This document shows positions 1 through 9,792 of a DNA stretch of 64,000 nt, piece after piece (positions within the stretch are counted from its first letter, which is position 1; each line of letters begins with the position of its first letter). Under the pieces are notes generated by a model. That model saw only the letters and a list, made by a program, of their open reading frames with translations, searched no databases and was not told the origin of the DNA. The position numbers and the translations under genes are program-made. The stretch spans positions 81,685 to 145,684 of the forward strand of contig JBNKTL010000003.1 of assembly GCA_050298055.1 (NCBI GenBank), written 5' to 3'. This DNA comes from Spirochaetota bacterium. Lineage in GTDB: Bacteria; Spirochaetota; UBA4802; UBA5550.

Positions 1-71
1 TCCCGAAAGGACTCGAACCTCTGACACATAGTTTAGGAAACTACTGCTCTATCCACCTGAGCTACGGGAGC
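1..71 (-). tRNA. tRNA-Arg(CCT), 3' end cut by window edge
   Basis: Reverse complement GCTCCCG-TA-GCTC-AGGTGGATA-GAGC-A-GTAGT-TTCCTAA-ACTAT-GTGTC-AGAGG-TTCGAGT-CCTTT-CGGGA folds as a cloverleaf; anticodon CCT. Confidence 0.95.
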
Positions 72-74
72 CGT

Positions 75-719
75 TTACTGATACATGTTTTTGCGCTTCG
101 ATGACACAATCCTCTGGAAGTCCCTGATGTTCCTAACCACGATTTTATCACCAAAGAGTTCAATTTTGTTTAGCTTGTTCAAATGTGTCAATACTTTTTG
201 CGCTTCCGATTCGGCCATTCCCGCCCAGTTCGCCACCGCCTCGGAAGTGACCGGGAGATGGACTTCCTCCTGGAGATCAAGATGGGGGTTCTGTTCAGCG
301 AGCATGTTGAGGACATCCATGACCTTCAGCTGGGGGTCCTCGAGGAGGAGTATCATCAGTCTTCTTTTTGCGTCATAAATCCTCTTTGAAAAGATCAGGA
401 GAAGCTTGTAGGCAAGCTGCGGATTGCCCTGGAGAAGGGCGTCAAAGTTATCACGGTGAAATTTGAGAAGCCGGGAATGCTCAATGGCAATGGCGGATGC
501 AGACCTCGGTTCCTGCTCCAGGATGGCCATCTCGCCGAAAACGTCCCCGTCGGTAAGAACGTCAATTGTCTTCTCCCTGTTGTTGATCATCTTGACGATC
601 TTCACCCTCCCCTGCTGCAGGAAGTAGAACTCGTACCCGGGTTCAAATTCACAGAAGATTATTTCGTTGGGAGAGTATTCAACGCCGAACCTTTCAAAAA
701 AACTGTCATCAAGGAGCAT
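75..719 (-). CDS. Crp/Fnr family cyclic-nucleotide-binding regulator
   Basis: cNMP motif GDVFGEMAILEQEPRSASA, followed by a C-helix and a degenerate wHTH C-terminus. Confidence 0.9.
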   Translation of the reverse strand: MLLDDSFFERFGVEYSPNEIIFCEFEPGYEFYFLQQGRVKIVKMINNREKTIDVLTDGDVFGEMAILEQEPRSASAIAIEHSRLLKFHRDNFDALLQGNPQLAYKLLLIFSKRIYDAKRRLMILLLEDPQLKVMDVLNMLAEQNPHLDLQEEVHLPVTSEAVANWAGMAESEAQKVLTHLNKLNKIELFGDKIVVRNIRDFQRIVSSKRKNMYQ

Positions 720-737
720 ATGCGCTATTTCCTGTTT

Positions 738-1970
738 TTAAATTTGTTTCAGCTTCTCCTGGGCCTCACGGCTCACGTCATCCGCCGGCTGCAGGGAAGC
801 GACCTTTTTATAATATGCTTTCGCCTTGTCTTTCTGGTTGGCGGACTCAAAGACCGCGCCAATATTGTAAAGGGCCCTTTTCATATTTCCCGATTTCGGA
901 TATTTCCTGATAAACCCGGAGAAAGCCCCGATGGCCTCTTTCTGTTTTCTCAGTTTCATCTGGCAGACAGCATGTTCAAAGGTCGCGTTTTCAATATATC
1001 TTTCATCATCACCGCCCGGGTCCGTGCTGTTTATTATTCCCGAATAGAGGTTCAGGGCTTCCTCATAGTTACCCGCGGAGAAACTCCTGCTTGCCTCGTC
1101 ATATATTACGCCAAGTCCCCCTTTCTGCTCTTCACCGGCATCCGAGAGAAAATCATCGAATTCGTCTGATTCTCTGCTGTCCGACAGAAAGTCATCCATT
1201 TCACTTGACAGAGAACCTGAGGAACCGCCGGAATTGCCGAAAAAGTCATCTGAATCGGAACCCCCGTCAAAATCCATAAGGCCGTCATCCTCTCCGCCGC
1301 TCTCATCCATGCTGAAATCTCCCGGTCCGTCCCCGAAACCTCCGGTATCACCGGCTCCGGCTGCGGCCGGCTCGGCAGCCGTGCTGTTAAGATCAAACCC
1401 GGTATCCCCCGGTACGGCTTCACCGGAATCGATTGCCTTGATCCTCTTCATGGCCAGGGACGCGTGCTCTCCGTCCGGGTAGTACTCCATGTACTTTTTA
1501 TACGCGTACTGGGCCTGCTGAAAAACTCCGGCGCTGTAGTAGTACTCACCTATCCTGAAAAGTTCAATATCGGGATTGAGGATATCCCCCTCCCCCAGGA
1601 CAGACCGCACCATCTTCCCTATCCTTCGAAGCTGGTTGCTGAAGACCCGGAGCATCTTTCTCACCACGTCAACGTTCTTAAGGATCAGCCTCTCGAACTC
1701 CGCCAGGCTGAAGATGAGGACAATGGTTTCGCCCACAGTCTGCGCCGTCTCCTCCCGGGGATATTTCCCCAAGGCGGATTTTACGCCGAAGAACTCGCCG
1801 ATCCTCACGTCCTCCTTGACCTCGCTCCCCGTATCAAGCTTGGTGGATGTGAGAATGACCCTCCCCGATTTCAGGATAAAGATACTTTCGCTTTTGTCCC
1901 CCGCGAAATAGATGATAGACCCGGGCTTGTATGTTCTGGTTATAATCCCGCCGGATTGTGATGATCCCAT
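738..1970 (-). CDS. cNMP-binding domain + acidic/Gly linker + TPR protein
   Basis: GEFFGVKSALGKYPREETA cNMP motif; TPR helices; likely start MGSSQ at 1970 rather than 2042. Confidence 0.85.
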   Translation of the reverse strand: MGSSQSGGIITRTYKPGSIIYFAGDKSESIFILKSGRVILTSTKLDTGSEVKEDVRIGEFFGVKSALGKYPREETAQTVGETIVLIFSLAEFERLILKNVDVVRKMLRVFSNQLRRIGKMVRSVLGEGDILNPDIELFRIGEYYYSAGVFQQAQYAYKKYMEYYPDGEHASLAMKRIKAIDSGEAVPGDTGFDLNSTAAEPAAAGAGDTGGFGDGPGDFSMDESGGEDDGLMDFDGGSDSDDFFGNSGGSSGSLSSEMDDFLSDSRESDEFDDFLSDAGEEQKGGLGVIYDEASRSFSAGNYEEALNLYSGIINSTDPGGDDERYIENATFEHAVCQMKLRKQKEAIGAFSGFIRKYPKSGNMKRALYNIGAVFESANQKDKAKAYYKKVASLQPADDVSREAQEKLKQI

Positions 1971-1992
1971 TCCTGTTAGCTGCTCCGTTTCA

Positions 1993-3222
1993 TTAAACTT
2001 CAAACTCAACCGGCAAAAAAGGAAATTCCTTTTTAAAGCCAACTGCCCTGCTTATTCTCTTTAAGAGACCGGTCAGGTCCCCCGCGACCACCTTTCTTTC
2101 ACCGTCAAGAACGATCTCCTGGAAGTCAACACGGAAACTTTCAAAGAGGTCCGCGAACTCCACGGCGCCGTACGCGGGGACACCGTTGATCACAACAAGG
2201 AGTATGTCCTTCAACTCCGCGTTTACCACCGACCCGTAAGAAGTCCTCTCTGTCTGCCTGACCAGCGCCAGGTCGGCAATGTACCCTTCCTTGATCTGCC
2301 CCAGCCGCTTGAGCCTGAAGGCGTGGGCGGGGTTTTCCGTTACCATTTTATAAATGATTTCATCGGGAAGCTCCTCGCCGTAGAGTTCCTCGTAGAGCTC
2401 TTTGTCAAACTTCATCTCGGTAAGGATGTTCTGGCCCCCCGACATGGGGGAGTCGGTCCCGATACAAACGTTGATCCCCTTGTCCAGGAGCATTTTGATA
2501 TGGGTTGTCTCGGTGAACATGAACCAGTTGGAATCGGCGCACCAGACCACGGAGGCGTGTCTTTTTTTGATCAGGTCCATATCCGACTCTGAAAAAGCGA
2601 TCCCGTGAATAAACACCGAATGGTCCCCCACGGCCCCCATTTTATCAACGGTCCTGATATTCTCCACCGTCTCCGAATCAAAGCCCTCGGATATGTGGGT
2701 AATAAAGGGAATGTCTTCTTTTACCGCCTTTTGATACTCGGCCTCGATGCCCTCTCCCCAGGCAAGGGCCATCTGTCCCACGGAATGGGCCAGGGCAAAG
2801 TGCCGTATGGCCTTCATGGGAAGGATATCATAATAGGGGTCACCCACGAAATGGGGAATATGGTCAGATACGGTTGTGACCCCGGAGACAAGGTTCCGGA
2901 AACCTCCCAGGAGGTAGAGGTCCCGGTTCTCGATCTGCTGCCTCTCCTGGTAGACCGGTGAGCTCTTGAGGTCGTTGTCCCAGGGAAGCCAGTTTTCATA
3001 GGGCCCGTTGCCCACCCGGGGGTAATATGTCCCCAGGAGGTGATCGTGGCCGTTGATCATCCCCGGTATCAGGATGGCGTTGTCCACGTTTACGGAGATG
3101 TCACCCTTCAGGTCCCTGCTGGAGACCTTTTCGATCCTGTCATTTTCTATGAGAACACTGCCGTTCCTTATGTTGTCCCTGGCGGTAACCACTGTGGCGC
3201 CGGTAATTGACCATTTATCCAT
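1993..3222 (-). CDS. Amidohydrolase family protein (deaminase-type)
   Basis: PGMINGHDH (HxH), HISEG (HxxE), FIHG and GTDS motifs. Confidence 0.9.
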   Translation of the reverse strand: MDKWSITGATVVTARDNIRNGSVLIENDRIEKVSSRDLKGDISVNVDNAILIPGMINGHDHLLGTYYPRVGNGPYENWLPWDNDLKSSPVYQERQQIENRDLYLLGGFRNLVSGVTTVSDHIPHFVGDPYYDILPMKAIRHFALAHSVGQMALAWGEGIEAEYQKAVKEDIPFITHISEGFDSETVENIRTVDKMGAVGDHSVFIHGIAFSESDMDLIKKRHASVVWCADSNWFMFTETTHIKMLLDKGINVCIGTDSPMSGGQNILTEMKFDKELYEELYGEELPDEIIYKMVTENPAHAFRLKRLGQIKEGYIADLALVRQTERTSYGSVVNAELKDILLVVINGVPAYGAVEFADLFESFRVDFQEIVLDGERKVVAGDLTGLLKRISRAVGFKKEFPFLPVEFEV

Positions 3223-3515
3223 ACTTTATTCCCTGAATATTGAATTTTAATGATATTCAATATTCTTACTCCCTTTATATTATATTCAAATTTTACAACG
3301 TCAAGTAAAATATAGAGGTTCCCTTTATTTATCGGGGGGGGTAATTGGAAAATTCAGTGATTTTTATCTTTATCCACTGTCTCCTCACCGGCAGATGAGG
3401 CAAGTGCCTGCTGTTTGTTAGTTTCTCCAGTGAAAATAAGATAGATGAAAATTTAAATTGAATTTTAAAAAATCAGAAGGGTAAATAACCATACTTAATT
3501 TCTGAATTGAGGATT

Positions 3516-4182
3516 TTATGGTATAGGCGGCGGGCTGCCTGTCTTATTCGCAATGTTATCCATAAATGCCTTAAAATTTGGGAAGAAATAAGATGAAAAT
3601 AATCCTGCAATGAATCCAAAAAGTGCACCTATAAGCCCTGAAATAATATTATTTCTTATAACATAGTATATTTTTAAAAGTTTGAGTGATTTGGTTTTAG
3701 AGTAATCAATTGATTCGTATAATTCCCATCCAATTTCAATTGCTTTTTACATATTCATCGAGGCATGCTTCTGAATTTTTTCCAACACATGACATTTCCA
3801 TATATCTTGCACTCCGGGCACTCTTTTTGAATTCAAGATATTTGTTTTTAAATTCATGTTCAGGCATATTTATTGCATATCTTCTTAATGTATCATCTTT
3901 ATCTATCTTTTCAATTTGTTTGTCAATAATTGACCAATACATTTTTGCACAATCTATCGATGCTCTTTTAAGATGATTGAATGCCATTTCAAAGTTCTTT
4001 TTGCCTTCTTCGCTATCCGGATCCTCAAAGTAAGGGAATAAATGTGTTGTGATATTTTCTAATTCAACTAATACCTGTCTCGGTTTATCTGCAACTAATG
4101 CAACAATTCCGGAATACATTCCCAGGAAATAATCATTATATAGTTTTAAAATTCTATTGAGGTCTTTTTTCCTGACACCCAT
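3516..4182 (-). pseudogene. AT-rich hypothetical membrane protein split by a one-base frameshift
   Basis: ORF ends EYVKSN* at an A5 run (3744-3748); removing one A gives 75 more codons (AIEIGWELYESIDY...IISGLIGALFGFIAGLFSSYFF...PIP*) containing a TM helix. Confidence 0.65.
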
Positions 4183-4262
4183 ATGTATTTCTCCAATAGC
4201 AAAAGAGGAATACATATTCCAGTATTCCTCATTACACAATTTATATAATGTTTTGAAAAATA

Positions 4263-4487
4263 TTAACTTGTTTTCTTGTTAAATTCATCTATTAGTTGAG
4301 AATAATCATCAATACAAAATATATTTCCCCTGGTAGAAACTACACCGCTACCAGCTTCTTTTGCTGCAATTTTTGCATTTGGATTTGTCATTTCAACGGT
4401 TTTCCATGCTTCTTCTGCCGTCTTTGGGACAAGAGAAACACCTGTGATATCCATGAATATCTTATTAAAGATTGTATGTTTTGGCAT
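4263..4487 (-). CDS. Hypothetical protein (74 aa)
   Basis: ORF in AT-rich patch, co-oriented with the downstream gene. Confidence 0.5.
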   Translation of the reverse strand: MPKHTIFNKIFMDITGVSLVPKTAEEAWKTVEMTNPNAKIAAKEAGSGVVSTRGNIFCIDDYSQLIDEFNKKTS

Positions 4488-4771
4488 TGGGTACCCCGCT
4501 TATCTGTTCACAACTTACATCGAACATTATGTAATGTACTGATTGTTAAAATGTCAAACAAATTTTTTAATAGTACTGGATAGAAAACTTTATTAAAAAT
4601 TATTTCATTGGTATAAATGTGTGGTGTTTATTATTCAGTATGTAGTGTTTGTTTTGAGGGTTTTCCCGAAATGATTGGATATGTGAATATGATTAAAATG
4701 ATGAAAAGTTATTAAAAGTGCAAATAATATATAATAAATTTCCAAGAAAAAAAGAATAATGAGTTAAGTAA

Positions 4772-5227
4772 ATGGCTAATAAACTAACACGTAGAAAATT
4801 AATTGAAAAATATCTCGAATATGATAGCATTAAAAAAAATAAAACAATTGATATAAATAATTTGGAAATTAATTGGGATGACCCAAATTTAATTGATTCA
4901 TGGTTGTCTGAGAATGGGTATAAACATGGAATAATTTCAGGTTTTGAGACATGGGAATTATTATTAAATTTCACTGTCAAAGATTTAGGCAATTGTGCAA
5001 TTGTTAACAACATATTGATCAGTAGTGATAGAAGATTATCATCAATTTCTAATTTAATTGACTTTAATAATTGGGAACCAGATAGAACAACAAAATGGCA
5101 TGTACTAATTAATCGTAATGAAGACATTGCTGAACACAATTTTTTTATATTAAGACCAACAGTTAATTCAGAACAACCTGCTCAATACTATATAGAAGAT
5201 GGCAGTGGGCATGGAGATATTCATTAA
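4772..5227 (+). CDS. Hypothetical protein, possibly 3'-truncated
   Basis: 151-aa ORF in very AT-rich DNA; ends YYIEDGSGH, resembling a ParB/Srx DG motif. Confidence 0.6.
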   Translation: MANKLTRRKLIEKYLEYDSIKKNKTIDINNLEINWDDPNLIDSWLSENGYKHGIISGFETWELLLNFTVKDLGNCAIVNNILISSDRRLSSISNLIDFNNWEPDRTTKWHVLINRNEDIAEHNFFILRPTVNSEQPAQYYIEDGSGHGDIH

Positions 5228-5366
5228 TTTTCTCCCGGTCGTGAATTAAATCCCGGGAAATTATTGTATAATTGTAATTTTTGTAAAAAGTTTTAATTAA
5301 TCCCACTCCTCAATCGTATTAATCTTTGGGAAGAATAACTCTCTTCCCGGATTTTACAATGAGAGG

Positions 5367-5822
5367 ATGGATAATATGAGAACGACTATTAATGCAGACA
5401 CACTACTGTTCAATAAGCTGAGAGAAGCCATGGCTGAAGTTGATCTGTCAAAGGACGAACTAATCAAACTTTTAATATCACGGTTCATTAAGAAAAACAG
5501 CTTTATTCCTCAACCCGGTAAAACAGTGAAGTACCAGGATGGCGGTCCGGAGAGAGTCTGGAAAATTGAACATATCAACCTTGAGCCTGTATTCTATGAG
5601 AAGGTCCTTGATTTAAGGAGACACTTTAAGTTTTCCGTTTCGTGGTTTGTTGCTTTTGGTATTATTAATTATCTTGATGAATTGGTAAGGGATTTGAGTA
5701 ATTCAGGAAATAGTGCAAAAATTCTGGATAACTATACTGGAAATTATGTTTATATTTTTGAAATTGTAGATAATATTCTCGTATTTATCACAATGATGGA
5801 AACACAAAGCAGAAAAACCTGA
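5367..5822 (+). CDS. DUF1564-like (Leptospira-type) protein, paralogue 1
   Basis: TVKYQ...YEKVLDLRRHFKFSVSW motif shared with 40782..41267. Confidence 0.7.
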   Translation: MDNMRTTINADTLLFNKLREAMAEVDLSKDELIKLLISRFIKKNSFIPQPGKTVKYQDGGPERVWKIEHINLEPVFYEKVLDLRRHFKFSVSWFVAFGIINYLDELVRDLSNSGNSAKILDNYTGNYVYIFEIVDNILVFITMMETQSRKT

Positions 5823-5974
5823 GAAAACCCAGATAGTACGAAATTTTTATCAAAACCAAACATCCGGTTTCCGTCCCGGATTTTCAGTCACGCCCTCTTC
5901 TCCTGGTCTTCTCCTTTCCTTTAAACGCCGGCACGAGACAGGATTGATTGTTAAAATTACATAAGCTGGTACCC

Positions 5975-6802
5975 CTACGCCAAACCTCTGTCAACCTTCC
6001 CAATCCTGAAAGCAAACTTCGCCGCTTTTCTCTTCAACCGAACCGAACCGAAGGAAAAAAGAGCAAACAGTGTGTAGAGGTTCCTGTATTCCTCGAAGAT
6101 CCCCTCCGCAAGGGGCTCCGCGTTTGTACCGGTGGGAAGCCCGTAGCTCTCAGGCGAATCTTTCAGAAGATAGATCGACCTGAGCCCCCCGAACTCCTTT
6201 ATTCCATAGACAGACGCGCCGGGAAAATATTTTTTGAGCTTCTTCTGTCGTTTCTGCGCTTCCCTGAGGAGAAGCTGCCGGTGGCCGAAGGTCAGCGCTC
6301 CAGTGGGGCAGTTGGAGACACAGGCGGGGACCTCTCTCCCGGCAGCCGCGCAGGCATCGCACTTATAGGCTTTGTCTTTGATCAGTACTGTTCTGCCCAA
6401 CTTGTTCTTATGGTCCCGGGCGCTTATATGAGGGACATTGTATGCGCAGAACTCGGTGCAGAGCCCGCAGGCGATGCACTTCCTTTGGTTTATGACATTC
6501 CAGCCCTCTCTCTTTGAGATGGCGCCGGCCGGGCAGACCTTCATGCAGTTGGCGTCCCTGCAGTGGAAGCATTTCAGGTGGAGCATGTCCCACCGGGGCT
6601 TTCCCTTCTCCCTGTCCCTGACTTCGGAAAAAGAGACCCGGTTCCATGTTGCCGCGGAAAGAGTGAAGGGGGCCGTGAATTCGGGCCCCACGAAAAAAAC
6701 GTTCTCTTCGGCGGGAAGTTCGTTCCACTCCTTGCACGCGGCGTGGCAGGTCCTGCATCCGCAGCACCGGGTTGTATCAAAGAGAAATGCCTTATCCGCC
6801 AT
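5975..6802 (-). CDS. Formate dehydrogenase-type iron-sulfur subunit (FdnH/FdhB-like)
   Basis: Four Cys clusters: CCGCRTCHAAC, CFHCRDANCMKVCP, CIACGLCTEFC, CDAC...PACVSNCP. Confidence 0.9.
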   Translation of the reverse strand: MADKAFLFDTTRCCGCRTCHAACKEWNELPAEENVFFVGPEFTAPFTLSAATWNRVSFSEVRDREKGKPRWDMLHLKCFHCRDANCMKVCPAGAISKREGWNVINQRKCIACGLCTEFCAYNVPHISARDHKNKLGRTVLIKDKAYKCDACAAAGREVPACVSNCPTGALTFGHRQLLLREAQKRQKKLKKYFPGASVYGIKEFGGLRSIYLLKDSPESYGLPTGTNAEPLAEGIFEEYRNLYTLFALFSFGSVRLKRKAAKFAFRIGKVDRGLA

Positions 6803-6813
6803 AAAAACTCCCT

Positions 6814-9768
6814 CTAGCTGATCTTCTTTATATCTGTCATGAAAAAACCGGTCTCAATGACCCCCGAACCGGGATCTGAAAACCCGGGGACCAGTGTATT
6901 CACCGGGTTGACCTTGTCCCCGTTATGGGAAACCGTTACCAGGTGCCTCAATGTCCCGTTGATGATCCCGGGCATGAGCCTCCCGGTCACCATGGCCGGC
7001 ATGGTCATCTCCCCCCGGGCGGTCCTGACCTTTACCCTGTCACCGCTCCTGACCTCAAGTGCTTCCGCCAGCTCACGACTTATTTCACAGAATATTCCCG
7101 GAACAAGTTCTCTCCCCAGGGGCAGGCCGGAGAGTGAGTAAGCGCAGTAATCGCCGGTCCGCACAAGAGTGCCGAGATGGGGGAGGTCCCTTCTCACCGG
7201 TACCCGGGCCCGGTTCACCCGGTTTTTCAGGAGAGGATTGGTCCCCGTGCCGTTCAGGGGATTTACCGAGAAAGACCCGGGAGATTCATAGTACTCGGGA
7301 AGGGGGCCGTCGCTCACCGATGCCGAGAATATTCTCGCCAGTCCCTCTTCAAATTTTATAAAGGGATATTTTGAACCGGGGCCCCAGCTGCCGTATGCCG
7401 CGTCGCCCTCCCAGCTGCTGCCGTTCCATTTTATCACCGCCTTCCCTTCTTTCACGGGCGTCCCCTTCCTGTCCACCCCGGCGGCATTATGGAGGACCCT
7501 CATGTTCATGGGCCAGTACCATCCCCGGCCGCGGGGACCCGCCTTCTCATCCGCCCGGTCCGCGGTCCCGTTGCCCCTGACGCTTATGCAGCCGGTATAG
7601 AGCCAGTTTCCCCCGAGGGTCATTCCGTCATCCCTCATCTGCCGGTAACCTTCAAGCAGCATGTTGTTCCGCGCATCAACCCCGTTCATCTCTTTCAGCA
7701 CAGGGAGGGGATCGGCCTTCATATTGCTCCCGGTATAGTTCCAGCCGGCCCCGAAAACCGGCCCGGGAAACACGCCGGGATCCTTCCTGTAGAGCTTCCT
7801 GATACCGGCAAAGAGCATATCCGTAAAATCCAGGACGCTCACCGTTTCAGGAGGAGCTTCCAGCGCGGCGGCGCACCACTGTATCCGCCTGTCACTGCCC
7901 GTGACACTTCCGCTCTTTTCGAAGGGGAGCGCCTGGGGGATAAGAAAGACCTCGGTGTTTATCTTTTCCGGGGGTATGCCGCTGTTTTTCCAGAAAGAGG
8001 AGGCGCCGGTCTCCGAATAATCGGAACAGACCAGCCATTTGAGGTTCTTCAAGGCCCCTGCTGAAACGCTTCTTCCCGGGAGCTCCTTCACCGGGTCGGT
8101 GTTGAGGAGGAGAGCCCCTTCCAGCTTCCCCTGTGAAGCGCGCCGGGTAAAATCTGAATAGCCGAAGGGTTCCGTTGACCGGGGAAGCCAGCCGTAGAGA
8201 ACTTCCGGGCTGTCCGTTGAGTCGCCCCCGTACCATGCTTTCAGGAGGTTTATCATGAACATGCCGGTGTTCCCCTTCCCCTTCTTTGATCCGTCGGTCC
8301 CCATAATGTTATAGCTCTGGGGATCATTGGTCCGGGGGGTCAGGTTCTCAACATATGAATTCAGGTCCGGGTGAAGTTCCGGATGGGGTGCCCTGAGATA
8401 TCCCGGCAGGGAGTTCCACCCGGTGCCGTTGTCCGCGGCGCCCTGGTCGTTCATGCCCCTGCCCAGCCGTATCAATCCTCCGCCGGAGACCCCAATATTG
8501 CCCAGGACCAGCTGAAGAATCGCGTATGCCCGGACATTCTGCCTTCCGGAAAGCTGATGGAGGGATGCGGATGAAAAAATAATCGATCCCGACTTCCGGG
8601 ACTTGCCGGTCTCACCGTAGGTCTCCGCTGTCCTCAGGAACTCCTCCACGCTACAGCCGGTGATATCGGACACCACCGCGGGGGTATAGCGGGACATATG
8701 CTTTTTCAAAAGCTGAAAAACTGTGCCCGGATCTCTCAGGCTCCTGTCCCGCTTGGGGATGCCCTTGGCGTCGATCTGGTATGTCCACGTTATGTTGTCA
8801 TAGCTGCCGGTTTTACCGTTGTATCCTGAGAAGATCCCGTCATGGAAGGAGTAGCCGGGATTAATGAGAAACGAGGCATTGGTGTAAGCGGAAAGATATT
8901 CCCTGTTATAGAGCCCGTTTTTCAGGACATAGTTAATGATACCGTTTATGAACGCGGTGTCCGTTCCCGGCCGCAGGGAGACCTGCATGTCCGATAGTGA
9001 AGAGGTCCGGGTATACCGGGGATCAACTGTGATGATCTTCCCTCCCCTGTCCCGTGCTTTCATCAGGTGTTTCAGCGCCAGGGGGTAGTTCTCCGCGGGG
9101 TTGCTTCCCATGACCAGGACAACGTCCGAATTTTCCATGTCAGACAAAGGGTTTGTTGAAGCCGCGAAGCCCAGGGTCCCGGAAAGAGCGGGGCCCGCGG
9201 AGCCGGAAGAGAGGCTCGATTCATGATCAATAAGGTTTGATCCCAGCACCCGGGAGAGTTTCCCCAGGAGGTAGAGTTCTTCATTGGTAAGCCAGTTTCC
9301 GGCAAGGAAGGCGATCCCGTCGGTCCTGTTACAGGTAACGCCGTTTACTGTTTTGATGAAAGTCCTCTCCCGTGTTTCTTTTATCCTCTCCGCTATCAGG
9401 GAGATCGCGTTTTCCAGGGGGATCTCTTCCCACCGGCCGCTTCCCGGTTTGCGGTACAGGACGTTCCTGAGCCTCCTGTTTTCCGGATCATCGGCAAACT
9501 GTTTTACCAGGACAGCCCGGTGACATATCATCCCTTCATTCACCGGGTGGCCGGGGTCGCCGGCGAGATCAATAAGCCTGTTTTTTCTTACATAGAGGTC
9601 TATTCCGCATCCAAGGCCGCACCCCGGGCAGATTGATGAGACCTTCCGGGCGCCTTTCCGTTTTTCCGGGTCACCGGCGCACCCGGTGAGGAGTGAAATC
9701 CCCCCGGTGAGGGCTCCCGCCGCGGCCAGGCCGGTGCTCTGTAAAAATTCTCTACGGGTAACAGACAT
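6814..9768 (-). CDS. Formate dehydrogenase alpha-like molybdopterin oxidoreductase with degenerate active site; Tat lipoprotein
   Basis: TRREFL Tat motif and LTGC lipobox; CPGCGLGC...C FeS motif; MGSNPAEN, VDPRYTRTS, RPGTD, FEKSGSVT FdnG motifs; Sec/Cys-His replaced by Ser-Ser. Confidence 0.85.
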   Translation of the reverse strand: MSVTRREFLQSTGLAAAGALTGGISLLTGCAGDPEKRKGARKVSSICPGCGLGCGIDLYVRKNRLIDLAGDPGHPVNEGMICHRAVLVKQFADDPENRRLRNVLYRKPGSGRWEEIPLENAISLIAERIKETRERTFIKTVNGVTCNRTDGIAFLAGNWLTNEELYLLGKLSRVLGSNLIDHESSLSSGSAGPALSGTLGFAASTNPLSDMENSDVVLVMGSNPAENYPLALKHLMKARDRGGKIITVDPRYTRTSSLSDMQVSLRPGTDTAFINGIINYVLKNGLYNREYLSAYTNASFLINPGYSFHDGIFSGYNGKTGSYDNITWTYQIDAKGIPKRDRSLRDPGTVFQLLKKHMSRYTPAVVSDITGCSVEEFLRTAETYGETGKSRKSGSIIFSSASLHQLSGRQNVRAYAILQLVLGNIGVSGGGLIRLGRGMNDQGAADNGTGWNSLPGYLRAPHPELHPDLNSYVENLTPRTNDPQSYNIMGTDGSKKGKGNTGMFMINLLKAWYGGDSTDSPEVLYGWLPRSTEPFGYSDFTRRASQGKLEGALLLNTDPVKELPGRSVSAGALKNLKWLVCSDYSETGASSFWKNSGIPPEKINTEVFLIPQALPFEKSGSVTGSDRRIQWCAAALEAPPETVSVLDFTDMLFAGIRKLYRKDPGVFPGPVFGAGWNYTGSNMKADPLPVLKEMNGVDARNNMLLEGYRQMRDDGMTLGGNWLYTGCISVRGNGTADRADEKAGPRGRGWYWPMNMRVLHNAAGVDRKGTPVKEGKAVIKWNGSSWEGDAAYGSWGPGSKYPFIKFEEGLARIFSASVSDGPLPEYYESPGSFSVNPLNGTGTNPLLKNRVNRARVPVRRDLPHLGTLVRTGDYCAYSLSGLPLGRELVPGIFCEISRELAEALEVRSGDRVKVRTARGEMTMPAMVTGRLMPGIINGTLRHLVTVSHNGDKVNPVNTLVPGFSDPGSGVIETGFFMTDIKKIS

Positions 9769-9792
9769 AAAAAATCTCCATGAAGAAAAATA

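Noticed and set aside
6814..9768. Selenocysteine-containing FDH
   Set aside because: No in-frame TGA; the equivalent codon is TCT (Ser)
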